From the NCBI GenBank assembly GCA_020629205.1, contig JAHDDV010000001.1, forward strand, positions 1-60,579: a stretch of 60,579 bases of DNA, in the 5' to 3' direction. Made by a program: the position numbers and the translations under genes. The notes beneath the pieces were generated by a model. It was not told the DNA's origin. It did no database searches and saw only the letters and a list, made by a program, of their open reading frames with translations. This document shows positions 26,788 through 35,133 of the stretch, one piece after another (position 1 is the stretch's first letter; each line of letters begins with the position of its first letter). The DNA comes from Chitinophagales bacterium (GTDB lineage: Bacteria; Bacteroidota; Bacteroidia; Chitinophagales; UBA2359).

Positions 26788-29265
26788 ATGCATATCGTTC
26801 GACTGCAGAATTATCTTCGGTTTTGCTCCTTTGTACTATTGTTCCTGTCCTTTCAAGTCTGCTCTGCTCAGACAGAGATAGCTGGCGTGGTTAACGAGTA
26901 TTTTAAGGTAGGGGGCATCGATACCTCCCTATGTCCGCCCGAGATCACAACCGAAGCCGAGCATACACTGGCGGTTGGCGACAAGGTGCTACTAATTCAG
27001 ATGAATGGTGTGGCTTGTAATTTTCCTCTCGATCTCAGCTATGGGGAAATTGCTGATTACCAGAATGCAGGTAATTACGAGTTCCTTATTGTCGAGGAAA
27101 TTTCTGCAAATAGCTTCAAATCGACTGCTTCACTCAGTAACGATTACGACCCCGGCTTTGCTGTACAAGCCATCAAGGTGCCCGTTTACGAATCAGCTGT
27201 AGTGGTGGGAGACATTAGTCCATTGCCCTGGGATGGGCAACTTGGAGGTGTCATTGCTGTGGATGTGCTTGATGAGTTGGAACTGCAGGGAAACCTTGTG
27301 GCTGACGGTATGGGCTTCCGTGGAGGAAGCGATATGCTGAATGCCGGTTTTGAATGTGAGGCATTCGATCTCTTCTACACAAGCGCTCAAAGTCTCGCTT
27401 CTGAAAAGGGAGAGGGACTTTATCCGAATGATCCAGCAATGCAATACGGAACAGGCGCCATCGCCAATGCTGGTGGTGGTGGAAACAAGTCCAATTCCGG
27501 AGGTGGAGGTGGTAGTAATTTTAGTGCTGGAGGCCAAGGAGGTTTTCAGAGTGCCGACTGTTTTTTTACAGATGTAGGGGGTAAAGGTGGTTGGCAAATT
27601 GATGATTTTGAGAAGCGTGCCTTTATGGGAGGCGGTGGCGGAGCTGGTCAATCCGAACTAGTGGATGATCTTGGAATGCCGACCAGTACTGCCGGAACCA
27701 ACGGAGGTGGAATTATATTTGTAAAAGCCGGCAAGCTGGTGGGAAATAGCTTCAGCATTTCTGCGGCTGGACTTAATCAGGATGAAATCGCCCTGAGTGG
27801 TGGTGGCGGTGGAGCCGGTGCGGGAGGTACGGTCGTTTTCGAAGTAGCCTCTTTTGAAGGCTTGCTGACGCTGAAGGTCAATGGTGGCAATGGAGGAAAA
27901 GTGGATGGAGGTGAGTTTGCCGCATTTGACTGTTTTGGCCCAGGTGGTGGTGGCGGTGCAGGTGTTATGAAGATCAATGCCACAAGCATACCGGAAGGCA
28001 TCTTGAGTCTGGCTTCTCAGGGACTGGCTGGTGTCGAGCTCAACACTGTATCCAATTGCTTCAACACGCCCAACGGTGCTGAGAACGGCGCTTCTCCAAA
28101 TGGGCTGGGTGTTGTGGATAGCTTCGCAGCCACACCTGCAGAACCTATACTCGATCTAGGTGCAGACAACATACAATTTTGCGAAGGAGATAGTGCACAA
28201 CTTGCCGTAGAGGATTTGTTTCAACAATATACCTGGAGTACAGGGGACACTATGGCGCAGATATGGGTATACGAGCCGGGTATCTACAGCCTGGAAGTCC
28301 TGACCTCCTGTGGGACGAAGTCGGCTGAAATAACGGTTCTGGATCATCCTACTTTCCCAGAGACTGGATGGCCGGCAGATACCACATTGTGTGAAGGACA
28401 AATACTGGAGCTTGACCTTTCGGGTGTTTTTGACACTGTGCTGTGGATGGATTCATCCACTTCCGAAACGTATAGCACTGAACAATCAGGTACGATCACA
28501 GCTACTGTAGAAAATGCGGAAGCTTGCCAAAAGGAGCTCTCCATTAATGTAAATTTTGTAGAAGCCAGTCCGCTTGATTTGGGGGAAGACAGATACTTTT
28601 GTGAAACCGAGTCAGCGACAATTGAAGCTCCCGAAGGTTTCCAGACATACGAATGGGACAATGGGCTAACAGGAAGCTCACTGGAAGTGATTTCAGAAGG
28701 ATATTATACTTTGACGACCAGCGATACCAACAATTGTGTAGCAGAGGATGTACTATTCGTTGGATTCAGATCAGCCCCTGCACCTGAACTGCCAACGACA
28801 GAGACCATCTGTCTAGGGCAAAGCAAATTTGTCGATCCTGGTTACTTCGATTCCTATCAATGGAGCACAGGTAGTACAGATCGAGTGCTGCAGTTGACAG
28901 AGCCAGGAACAATTGAATTAGTCGTGATGGATGAATACGGCTGTACGGCTGAACGTAGCATGGAAGTTACGACATATTGCGAAGCTGGTATTCAGATAGT
29001 CAATGCCTTCAGTCCAAATGGTGATGGTGTCAATGATGTCTTTAGAGTAATCAGCACACCTCTGGAGCAATTTGAGCTGCTCGTTCACGACCGTTGGGGT
29101 AAATTGATTTTTGCCAGCAATGACCCAAACCTCGGTTGGGATGGTGACTTCGAAGGCGAAGCCTTGCCGATCGGTACCTATGTCTGGTTTATGCAAGCTG
29201 AGTATATGGACAATGGTCAGTTAGTTTCTGACGAAAGGAGTGGCAACATCACCTTGGTGCGTTAA
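26788..29265 (+). CDS. T9SS type-B (gliding motility-associated, CHU_C) C-terminal domain protein with a Gly-rich N-terminal region
   Basis: 825 aa with a signal peptide. It has multiple poly-Gly blocks (GGGGNKSNSGGGGGS, GGGGGAGQ, GGGGGAGAGG, GPGGGGGAG) and 4 Cys-bracketed Ig-like modules. The C-terminus reads FSPNGDGVNDVF...WDG....LP.GTYVW. Confidence 0.85.
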   Translation: MHIVRLQNYLRFCSFVLLFLSFQVCSAQTEIAGVVNEYFKVGGIDTSLCPPEITTEAEHTLAVGDKVLLIQMNGVACNFPLDLSYGEIADYQNAGNYEFLIVEEISANSFKSTASLSNDYDPGFAVQAIKVPVYESAVVVGDISPLPWDGQLGGVIAVDVLDELELQGNLVADGMGFRGGSDMLNAGFECEAFDLFYTSAQSLASEKGEGLYPNDPAMQYGTGAIANAGGGGNKSNSGGGGGSNFSAGGQGGFQSADCFFTDVGGKGGWQIDDFEKRAFMGGGGGAGQSELVDDLGMPTSTAGTNGGGIIFVKAGKLVGNSFSISAAGLNQDEIALSGGGGGAGAGGTVVFEVASFEGLLTLKVNGGNGGKVDGGEFAAFDCFGPGGGGGAGVMKINATSIPEGILSLASQGLAGVELNTVSNCFNTPNGAENGASPNGLGVVDSFAATPAEPILDLGADNIQFCEGDSAQLAVEDLFQQYTWSTGDTMAQIWVYEPGIYSLEVLTSCGTKSAEITVLDHPTFPETGWPADTTLCEGQILELDLSGVFDTVLWMDSSTSETYSTEQSGTITATVENAEACQKELSINVNFVEASPLDLGEDRYFCETESATIEAPEGFQTYEWDNGLTGSSLEVISEGYYTLTTSDTNNCVAEDVLFVGFRSAPAPELPTTETICLGQSKFVDPGYFDSYQWSTGSTDRVLQLTEPGTIELVVMDEYGCTAERSMEVTTYCEAGIQIVNAFSPNGDGVNDVFRVISTPLEQFELLVHDRWGKLIFASNDPNLGWDGDFEGEALPIGTYVWFMQAEYMDNGQLVSDERSGNITLVR

Positions 29266-29351
29266 TCTCCGATTTGTATAATCAAGGAATTCCAGACAGA
29301 CAAATCACTTATTAATTGGACACAGTCAATTGCAGGCTGCTGCCAAGGCAA

Positions 29352-29816
29352 TTACTTACAGTGACATTTATAGTGATTCTTAAGGTCGATAGCCGTAATG
29401 ACTTTCGTTTCCCGTCCACAGTCTGCAAAAACAATCCTGACCGTTTGATTATCATGTGTTACTCCTTCAACGGCGAAGGTTGGACAAGGGCTATCTCCCA
29501 GATTACTTTTGCGTTGGTTGATTTTACCATTGGCAAGAATCTCATCAATTTCCTCTCTATCGATATGGCGGCAACCCATTCTGCATTTGGCATGTTTGGT
29601 GAAAATCAGCCGGTCATTCTGCATCCCCTCTAAAGCTCCATCAAAAGACATCCCTGGAGGTATTGGATTATCGGTCGTGTTTTTCTTCTGACTTTGATAG
29701 TGCTTTCCGCCTCCGCCACGTTGCAGCCATTCAGTGTTGCCAGTAGCGTAGGCGAGGATGACCAGTATCAAGGCCACTACTGGTCCGATCATTTTTTGGA
29801 TATCTTTATTCTTCAC
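29352..29816 (-). CDS. Membrane-anchored or secreted DUF4258-like (small toxin-fold) protein
   Basis: FTKHAKCRMGCRHIDREEIDEIL matches the DUF4258 signature (H-A..R M..R.I..EEI). There is an N-terminal hydrophobic helix IGPVVALILVILAYA. The ORF start is GTG at 29816; an alternative ATG lies at 29792. Confidence 0.6.
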   Translation of the reverse strand: MKNKDIQKMIGPVVALILVILAYATGNTEWLQRGGGGKHYQSQKKNTTDNPIPPGMSFDGALEGMQNDRLIFTKHAKCRMGCRHIDREEIDEILANGKINQRKSNLGDSPCPTFAVEGVTHDNQTVRIVFADCGRETKVITAIDLKNHYKCHCK

Positions 29817-29922
29817 TACTTGTTGACGATCTTTGTGCTATTCGTTACATGGAGTTTATCCCATTTTTCTTGTTAAATTGCACACTGTTCATGAATCTTT
29901 CACGCCACCATCTACACTGCAT

Positions 29923-31689
29923 ATGTTAGCTACCCTGGATTGGATTGTTATTACTGTCTTTATGGTCCTGTTTATCGGGATCGCGCTTTCTTACACGCGC
30001 AAGGCTGGTAAAAGCATGGACAATTTCTTTCTTGGTGGAAGAAACCTCCCTTGGTATATCGCTGGAATCTCCATGGTAGCAACGACATTTGCAGCTGACA
30101 CGCCTTTGGCTGTCACAGAGATAGTGGCGGATAAAGGTATCTCAGGCAACTGGCTGTGGTGGAGCTTCCTCGCAGGTGGTATGCTTACCACCTTCTTCTT
30201 TGCTAACCTCTGGCGACGATCGGGTGTGTTAACTGAAGTCGAATTTATTGAGTTGCGGTATGCAGGCCTGCCTGCAGCAGCTCTGCGTGGATTCAAGGCG
30301 CTGTACCTTGGTGTTTTCATGAACCTGATGATTATCGCCTGGGTCAACGTCGCTCTGATTACTCTGCTGAAAGTCTTTTTTAGCTTGCCAGAGGAGCTGG
30401 CCTTTCAATTTTGTGTATTAGCCATGCTGGTCGTTTCTGTCTACTCTTCTCTGTCTGGTTTTCTGGGAGTGGCCATGTCCGACGTATTGCAATTCATTAC
30501 AGCTATGGTAGGTTGCATATTGCTGGCCTACTTTGTGGTCAGTTCGGAGGAAATAGGAGGGCTAGCCAATCTGAAGCAGTCGATTGATCCGTCAGTGCTA
30601 GAATTCTTTCCAAGGATAGGCGAAGAAAGCACCGGCTCAATGGCCAAGTCATTTACCATAGGTTTTGGCACATTCATGGCCTACTTCACCATGCAGTGGT
30701 GGGCGAGTTGGTATCCCGGAGCAGAACCTGGTGGTGGTGGATACGTAGCACAGCGAATGATGAGTGCTAAAGACGAACGAAACGCAGTCTATGCCACCTT
30801 GTTTTTTCAGGTAGCTCATTACTGTATCCGCCCCTGGCCTTGGATTTTGGTTGCCCTAAGCGCGATGGTACTTTATCCAAATTTCGAAGATCCCAAAGAA
30901 GGATTCGTCTGTGCCATGGTGGAGTATCTACCGGATGGCATCAAGGGGCTCCTGCTAGTGTCTTTTCTTGCTGCCTACATGAGCACAATTTCTACTCAAT
31001 TGAATTGGGGCGCCAGCTACGTTGTAAACGACTTCTACAAGCGTTTCATAAAGCCAGAAGCAACACAGAAGAATCAGGTTTTGGTCTCACGAGTTGTAAC
31101 CTTGATATTGATGGTTCTGGGATTGATCGTGGCAAAGAACATCAATAGCATCTCCGGTGTCTGGAGTTTCCTGATAGAAATTGGTGCTGGTCTGGGTTTG
31201 GTCTTGATTCTGCGTTGGTATTGGTGGAGGATCAATGCCTGGAGCGAAATTGCGGCTACATTAACACCGCTGTTTGCCTATCCAATTGCCCGTTATGTCC
31301 TGGAGTTTGAGGGACTGCCAGATTCGCCAAATACTTTCTTCTTTACGGTTGGCTGTACCACGCTGATGTGGTTGGCAGTAACCTACCTAAGTCCAAGACA
31401 GGATGAAGAGCATCTAAAGGATTTCTACCTGAAAGTACGACCGGATGGCAATTGGGGACCTATCTCTGCGCTGACCAATGAGGCAGGAAAGCCATCTCAG
31501 TTAGGCAAGCTCGCCATCTGTTGGTTGGCTGGGATCACAATGGTCTATGCTATACTATTTGCCATTGGAAAATTCCTCTTTTTGGAATATGAAACCGCAG
31601 GTCTCTGTACGCTTCTGGCAATTGTGGCTTTCTTTGTGCTGAATACAACGCTGCGCAGAACCAGAATCATGGGAGATGGTTCTAGATAG
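29923..31689 (+). CDS. Sodium:solute symporter family transporter
   Basis: About 13 TM segments, with FFLGGRNLPWY near the N-terminus. I prefer the ATG at 29923 (MLATLDWIVIT). The ORF track begins at 29833. Confidence 0.8.
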   Translation: MLATLDWIVITVFMVLFIGIALSYTRKAGKSMDNFFLGGRNLPWYIAGISMVATTFAADTPLAVTEIVADKGISGNWLWWSFLAGGMLTTFFFANLWRRSGVLTEVEFIELRYAGLPAAALRGFKALYLGVFMNLMIIAWVNVALITLLKVFFSLPEELAFQFCVLAMLVVSVYSSLSGFLGVAMSDVLQFITAMVGCILLAYFVVSSEEIGGLANLKQSIDPSVLEFFPRIGEESTGSMAKSFTIGFGTFMAYFTMQWWASWYPGAEPGGGGYVAQRMMSAKDERNAVYATLFFQVAHYCIRPWPWILVALSAMVLYPNFEDPKEGFVCAMVEYLPDGIKGLLLVSFLAAYMSTISTQLNWGASYVVNDFYKRFIKPEATQKNQVLVSRVVTLILMVLGLIVAKNINSISGVWSFLIEIGAGLGLVLILRWYWWRINAWSEIAATLTPLFAYPIARYVLEFEGLPDSPNTFFFTVGCTTLMWLAVTYLSPRQDEEHLKDFYLKVRPDGNWGPISALTNEAGKPSQLGKLAICWLAGITMVYAILFAIGKFLFLEYETAGLCTLLAIVAFFVLNTTLRRTRIMGDGSR

Positions 31690-31709
31690 TATAACAATCG
31701 CTACTCAAT

Positions 31710-33308
31710 ATGCCATTTTCGTCCGCTACTAAGATCGACCCACAGGAAACGAATGCCTTTTCCAAAACGGTGATCGATTACCTTAATCAGGAAACATATA
31801 TCGAAAGCTTGCAAGCACATCCAGTAACAATGGAAGGCTTTGCCGAAGCAATCGAAGTTCGCAAGATGAGACAGTATCCGAGACAGCTGCTGGTGAAGGT
31901 AATCCGAGATCAGTACAAGGCTCTCGATACGAGTTCGGCTTGGCAAGGACAACTGGATCAGCTGAAAAGCAAGGACACCTTTACGGTAATAACGGCCCAT
32001 CAGGCCAATCTATTCTCTGGTCCGCTGTACTTTATCCTCAAGACAGTATCAGCCATCAAACAAGCCCGGAATTTGCAAAAGCAGTTTCCGGACCATCATT
32101 TTGTTCCCATCTTTTGGATCGGCTCAGAAGACCACGATATCGAGGAACTAAATCATATCAACCTCTTTGGCGAAAAGCTAGTCTGGCCAGCCTCCGAAGG
32201 TGGAGCAGTTGGCAGATATAGCCCAAGTTCACATGCCGAGCTCATCGAGCAGATTCAGGCACTTGGTCAAGGAAGACCACACTTGGAAGAGAGCATTGAA
32301 CTACTCCAAAAGGCCTACCTCAACAGAACAACTGTGACGGATGGTTTGCGAGCATTACTGCATGAATTATTTGGAGACTTTGGTTTGATCGTGATTGATC
32401 AGGATGATGCTGCCTTAAAGAAAGCCTTTGTGGCTCAGTTTCGTGACGAACTTTTGCAGCAAAAGACCCACCACTCCATCCAGTCTAGTCTGACACACTT
32501 CGCAAAGCACAAGCTCAAAGTGCAGGCAAGTCCCAGGGAGATCAACTTATTTTATCTGCAACCCGGTAGTCGCAAACGAATCATCAAAGAAGGAGAACAC
32601 TACAAGGTCATCGATACTGAGCTGACTTTCACGGAGGAGGAGATCCTACTGGATCTGGATGCTCATCCCGAAAACTATAGCCCTAATGTATTACTGCGGC
32701 CCATTTATCAAGACTTCCTATTCCCTAATCTCGCCTACATTGGTGGGGGAGGAGAGCTGGCCTATTGGTTGCAGTTGAAGCCGGTATTTGAGGCTTTTGA
32801 GCTGCCCATGCCGATAGTCATGCTGCGAGATACGGCGATTTTTGTGGAGCAGAACACAAATCGAAAGATTGAGAAAGTCCAACTGCCAATAGAGAGCTTT
32901 TTTCAGGACACAAACGCAATGGCGAATATGTTGGTAGAAAGAGAGTCTACGACGGAGATTTCACTGAAGAAAGAGACGGAGCAACTTTCGATATTCTTTG
33001 AAACACTAGAACAGAGGGCCAGCCAGATTGATCCAGGACTCAAACAATCGATTGCCGCGGAGAAAGCCAAAGCCTTGAAGTCACTGGGGAAGATAGAACA
33101 AAAGATGAAGCGGGCGGAAAAGAGAAAGCATGATGTCGTCATCCAGAGGGCACAACGGATAAAGGAAGACCTATTCCCAGCGGGCAAATTGCAAGAGCGG
33201 CACTACAGCTTTCTGCATTACTACGTACAGTATGGTTCTGACTTTATTGACCTTTTGATGGAGCAACTTGATCCCATGCAACAGAAAGTGACTATTTTTG
33301 CCCAATAA
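31710..33308 (+). CDS. bshC: Bacillithiol biosynthesis cysteine-adding enzyme BshC
   Basis: 532 aa. HQANLFSGPLYFILKT....IFWIGSEDHDIEELN parallels B. subtilis BshC GQQAGLLTGPLYTIHK...IFWVAGEDHDLDEIN. GGGGELAYWLQLK is also present. Confidence 0.85.
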   Translation: MPFSSATKIDPQETNAFSKTVIDYLNQETYIESLQAHPVTMEGFAEAIEVRKMRQYPRQLLVKVIRDQYKALDTSSAWQGQLDQLKSKDTFTVITAHQANLFSGPLYFILKTVSAIKQARNLQKQFPDHHFVPIFWIGSEDHDIEELNHINLFGEKLVWPASEGGAVGRYSPSSHAELIEQIQALGQGRPHLEESIELLQKAYLNRTTVTDGLRALLHELFGDFGLIVIDQDDAALKKAFVAQFRDELLQQKTHHSIQSSLTHFAKHKLKVQASPREINLFYLQPGSRKRIIKEGEHYKVIDTELTFTEEEILLDLDAHPENYSPNVLLRPIYQDFLFPNLAYIGGGGELAYWLQLKPVFEAFELPMPIVMLRDTAIFVEQNTNRKIEKVQLPIESFFQDTNAMANMLVERESTTEISLKKETEQLSIFFETLEQRASQIDPGLKQSIAAEKAKALKSLGKIEQKMKRAEKRKHDVVIQRAQRIKEDLFPAGKLQERHYSFLHYYVQYGSDFIDLLMEQLDPMQQKVTIFAQ

Positions 33309-33320
33309 ATCCAACAGAAC

Positions 33321-35075
33321 TTGAACCAACTTATTACAAAAACCCGAGCGCAAGAATCGAGAACAGCTATTGAACGCCTCTATATCTCAATGAGGCACAT
33401 GTTTAATCGAGGCTACTACAAACCTTTTGGCCGCTCAGGCATGGCCATCGTTGAAGCGCTGCGCACCCTACAACCAGAAATCTACGGATCGATCAACGAT
33501 CCGGAGAAAGTCGAACTAGAAGGGCTGGTATACGTGATCACCAGATTGCCCAAAGGAATTGAAGAGTGCAGATTGATCAAACTCACCTCAGATGAAGGAT
33601 ATCGGGAGTCCGGCTTCCCGATCTTGGTTCCTTCAAAGAGAAGACGTAACTGCTATCGGATTGATCCTGAGCAAATGTTCATTGAAGTAACCAGAGGACG
33701 AAGCGAGATCTACGATATTCTTACCCACCTGAGCTTCCTGTTTCTGGAATCCGAAAAGATTCGCAGGAAGGCCATCGACGAAGATGGAAATGAAACCTGG
33801 GTATGGAAAAAGATCAAGGAGATAATCGAGGGCAAAATCAAGATAACTCAAAAGAACCGTGAAGTAACTATTTCCTATCTCAGTACAATTCTTGGCCGTA
33901 CATTTTTAGAGACTGAGTCAGCATACCGGCGATTTAATGAAGACCCTGAGCGGAATAACGACCTCTTTCATGTGGTCTATTGGATGGGAACTACAGCAAT
34001 AGCCGAAGCGGCTAGTCCTGCTGCCGGAAGAGAAATAACTTTTACTTCCACCCTGCGCGAGCGCATTGGTTTGCACATCTACGGTAGCATGTGGGCCAAA
34101 AATATCAAGCAGTTAATGTATGAGCATGATTTACTGGATCGTCCTCTGCACATTATCTCTGCAAATCTACATAGCGTACTCAACACCTTTTATGCCCCGC
34201 CTGCACTTTCCGGAGAGATTGAAGAGCCAATGAGCATCATCGACATGGCCACCAATGTCATCTCAGAAAACCCGGATCGGTATATGCCGGAGGTCATTGA
34301 CTATGGTCAAATGCAGGGTCTCCACATACTAGATGATGAGTCGGGAACCAATATCACCGTTCAGATCATAGATACTGCAAAGATTGACCGAAGTCGACTC
34401 TCAGATGAATTGACCATCTCAGACGAAGTCTGGAGTCAAAAACCAGTCTTGCTGGTTATGGACTATGCCTTTGGAGAGCAAGCCTATGAAACTATGGATG
34501 AACTCTTGCGGCCATTTCAGAAAGATGGTATCATCAAGAAGATGAATGTTGTGTCCGTCAATATCATGGGCAAAGCAGGAACACTAGTAGGAGAGAAGGG
34601 AGATATCATGATCCCTTCAGCCCACGTTTTCGAAGGATCTGCCGATAACTATCCAATTCAAAATGAATTCTCCAGCAAAGACTTCGCTCAATATCCAGGC
34701 GATGTGTTTCAGGGTACAATGATCACCGTTCTTGGAACTTCGCTGCAAAACAGAGATGTTCTGAGCTATTTCAAGGAGACATCATGGCAAGCGATTGGAT
34801 TGGAGATGGAAGGAATTCACTACCAAAAGGCTATACAGGCCGCAACCAAAGTCAGAAACGTCATCGATGACGATGTATTATTGCGATACGCCTATTATGC
34901 ATCGGATAATCCTCTGGTATCCGGAGGAACATTGGCATCTGGAAGCCTTGGCATCACAGGGGTATTGCCGACCTACTTCATTACCATCAAGATGCTAAAT
35001 GCCATCTTAACAACGGAGAGTCAGGAAATTCACTTGGACAATGAAGAGATCGCAGAAAACAAAAAGCTTTCCTAG
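33321..35075 (+). CDS. Uncharacterised protein with a C-terminal AMP-nucleosidase-like (PNP_UDP phosphorylase superfamily) domain
   Basis: 584 aa. C-terminal blocks are colinear with E. coli Amn: IMGKAGTLVGEKGDIMIPSAHV ~ MVGHCGGLRNSQKLGDYVLAHAY; AIGLEMEG ~ AIALDMES; YYASDNPLVSG ~ LCVSDKPLHGE. The N-terminal ~370 aa is not recognised. The ORF start is TTG; the next ATG is at 33390. Confidence 0.55.
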   Translation: MNQLITKTRAQESRTAIERLYISMRHMFNRGYYKPFGRSGMAIVEALRTLQPEIYGSINDPEKVELEGLVYVITRLPKGIEECRLIKLTSDEGYRESGFPILVPSKRRRNCYRIDPEQMFIEVTRGRSEIYDILTHLSFLFLESEKIRRKAIDEDGNETWVWKKIKEIIEGKIKITQKNREVTISYLSTILGRTFLETESAYRRFNEDPERNNDLFHVVYWMGTTAIAEAASPAAGREITFTSTLRERIGLHIYGSMWAKNIKQLMYEHDLLDRPLHIISANLHSVLNTFYAPPALSGEIEEPMSIIDMATNVISENPDRYMPEVIDYGQMQGLHILDDESGTNITVQIIDTAKIDRSRLSDELTISDEVWSQKPVLLVMDYAFGEQAYETMDELLRPFQKDGIIKKMNVVSVNIMGKAGTLVGEKGDIMIPSAHVFEGSADNYPIQNEFSSKDFAQYPGDVFQGTMITVLGTSLQNRDVLSYFKETSWQAIGLEMEGIHYQKAIQAATKVRNVIDDDVLLRYAYYASDNPLVSGGTLASGSLGITGVLPTYFITIKMLNAILTTESQEIHLDNEEIAENKKLS

Positions 35076-35133
35076 CGGTTCTTTCTGTACCCTGCTGATT
35101 TAACTCCATATTCCCGCTAGAAGAATTTTCTTT

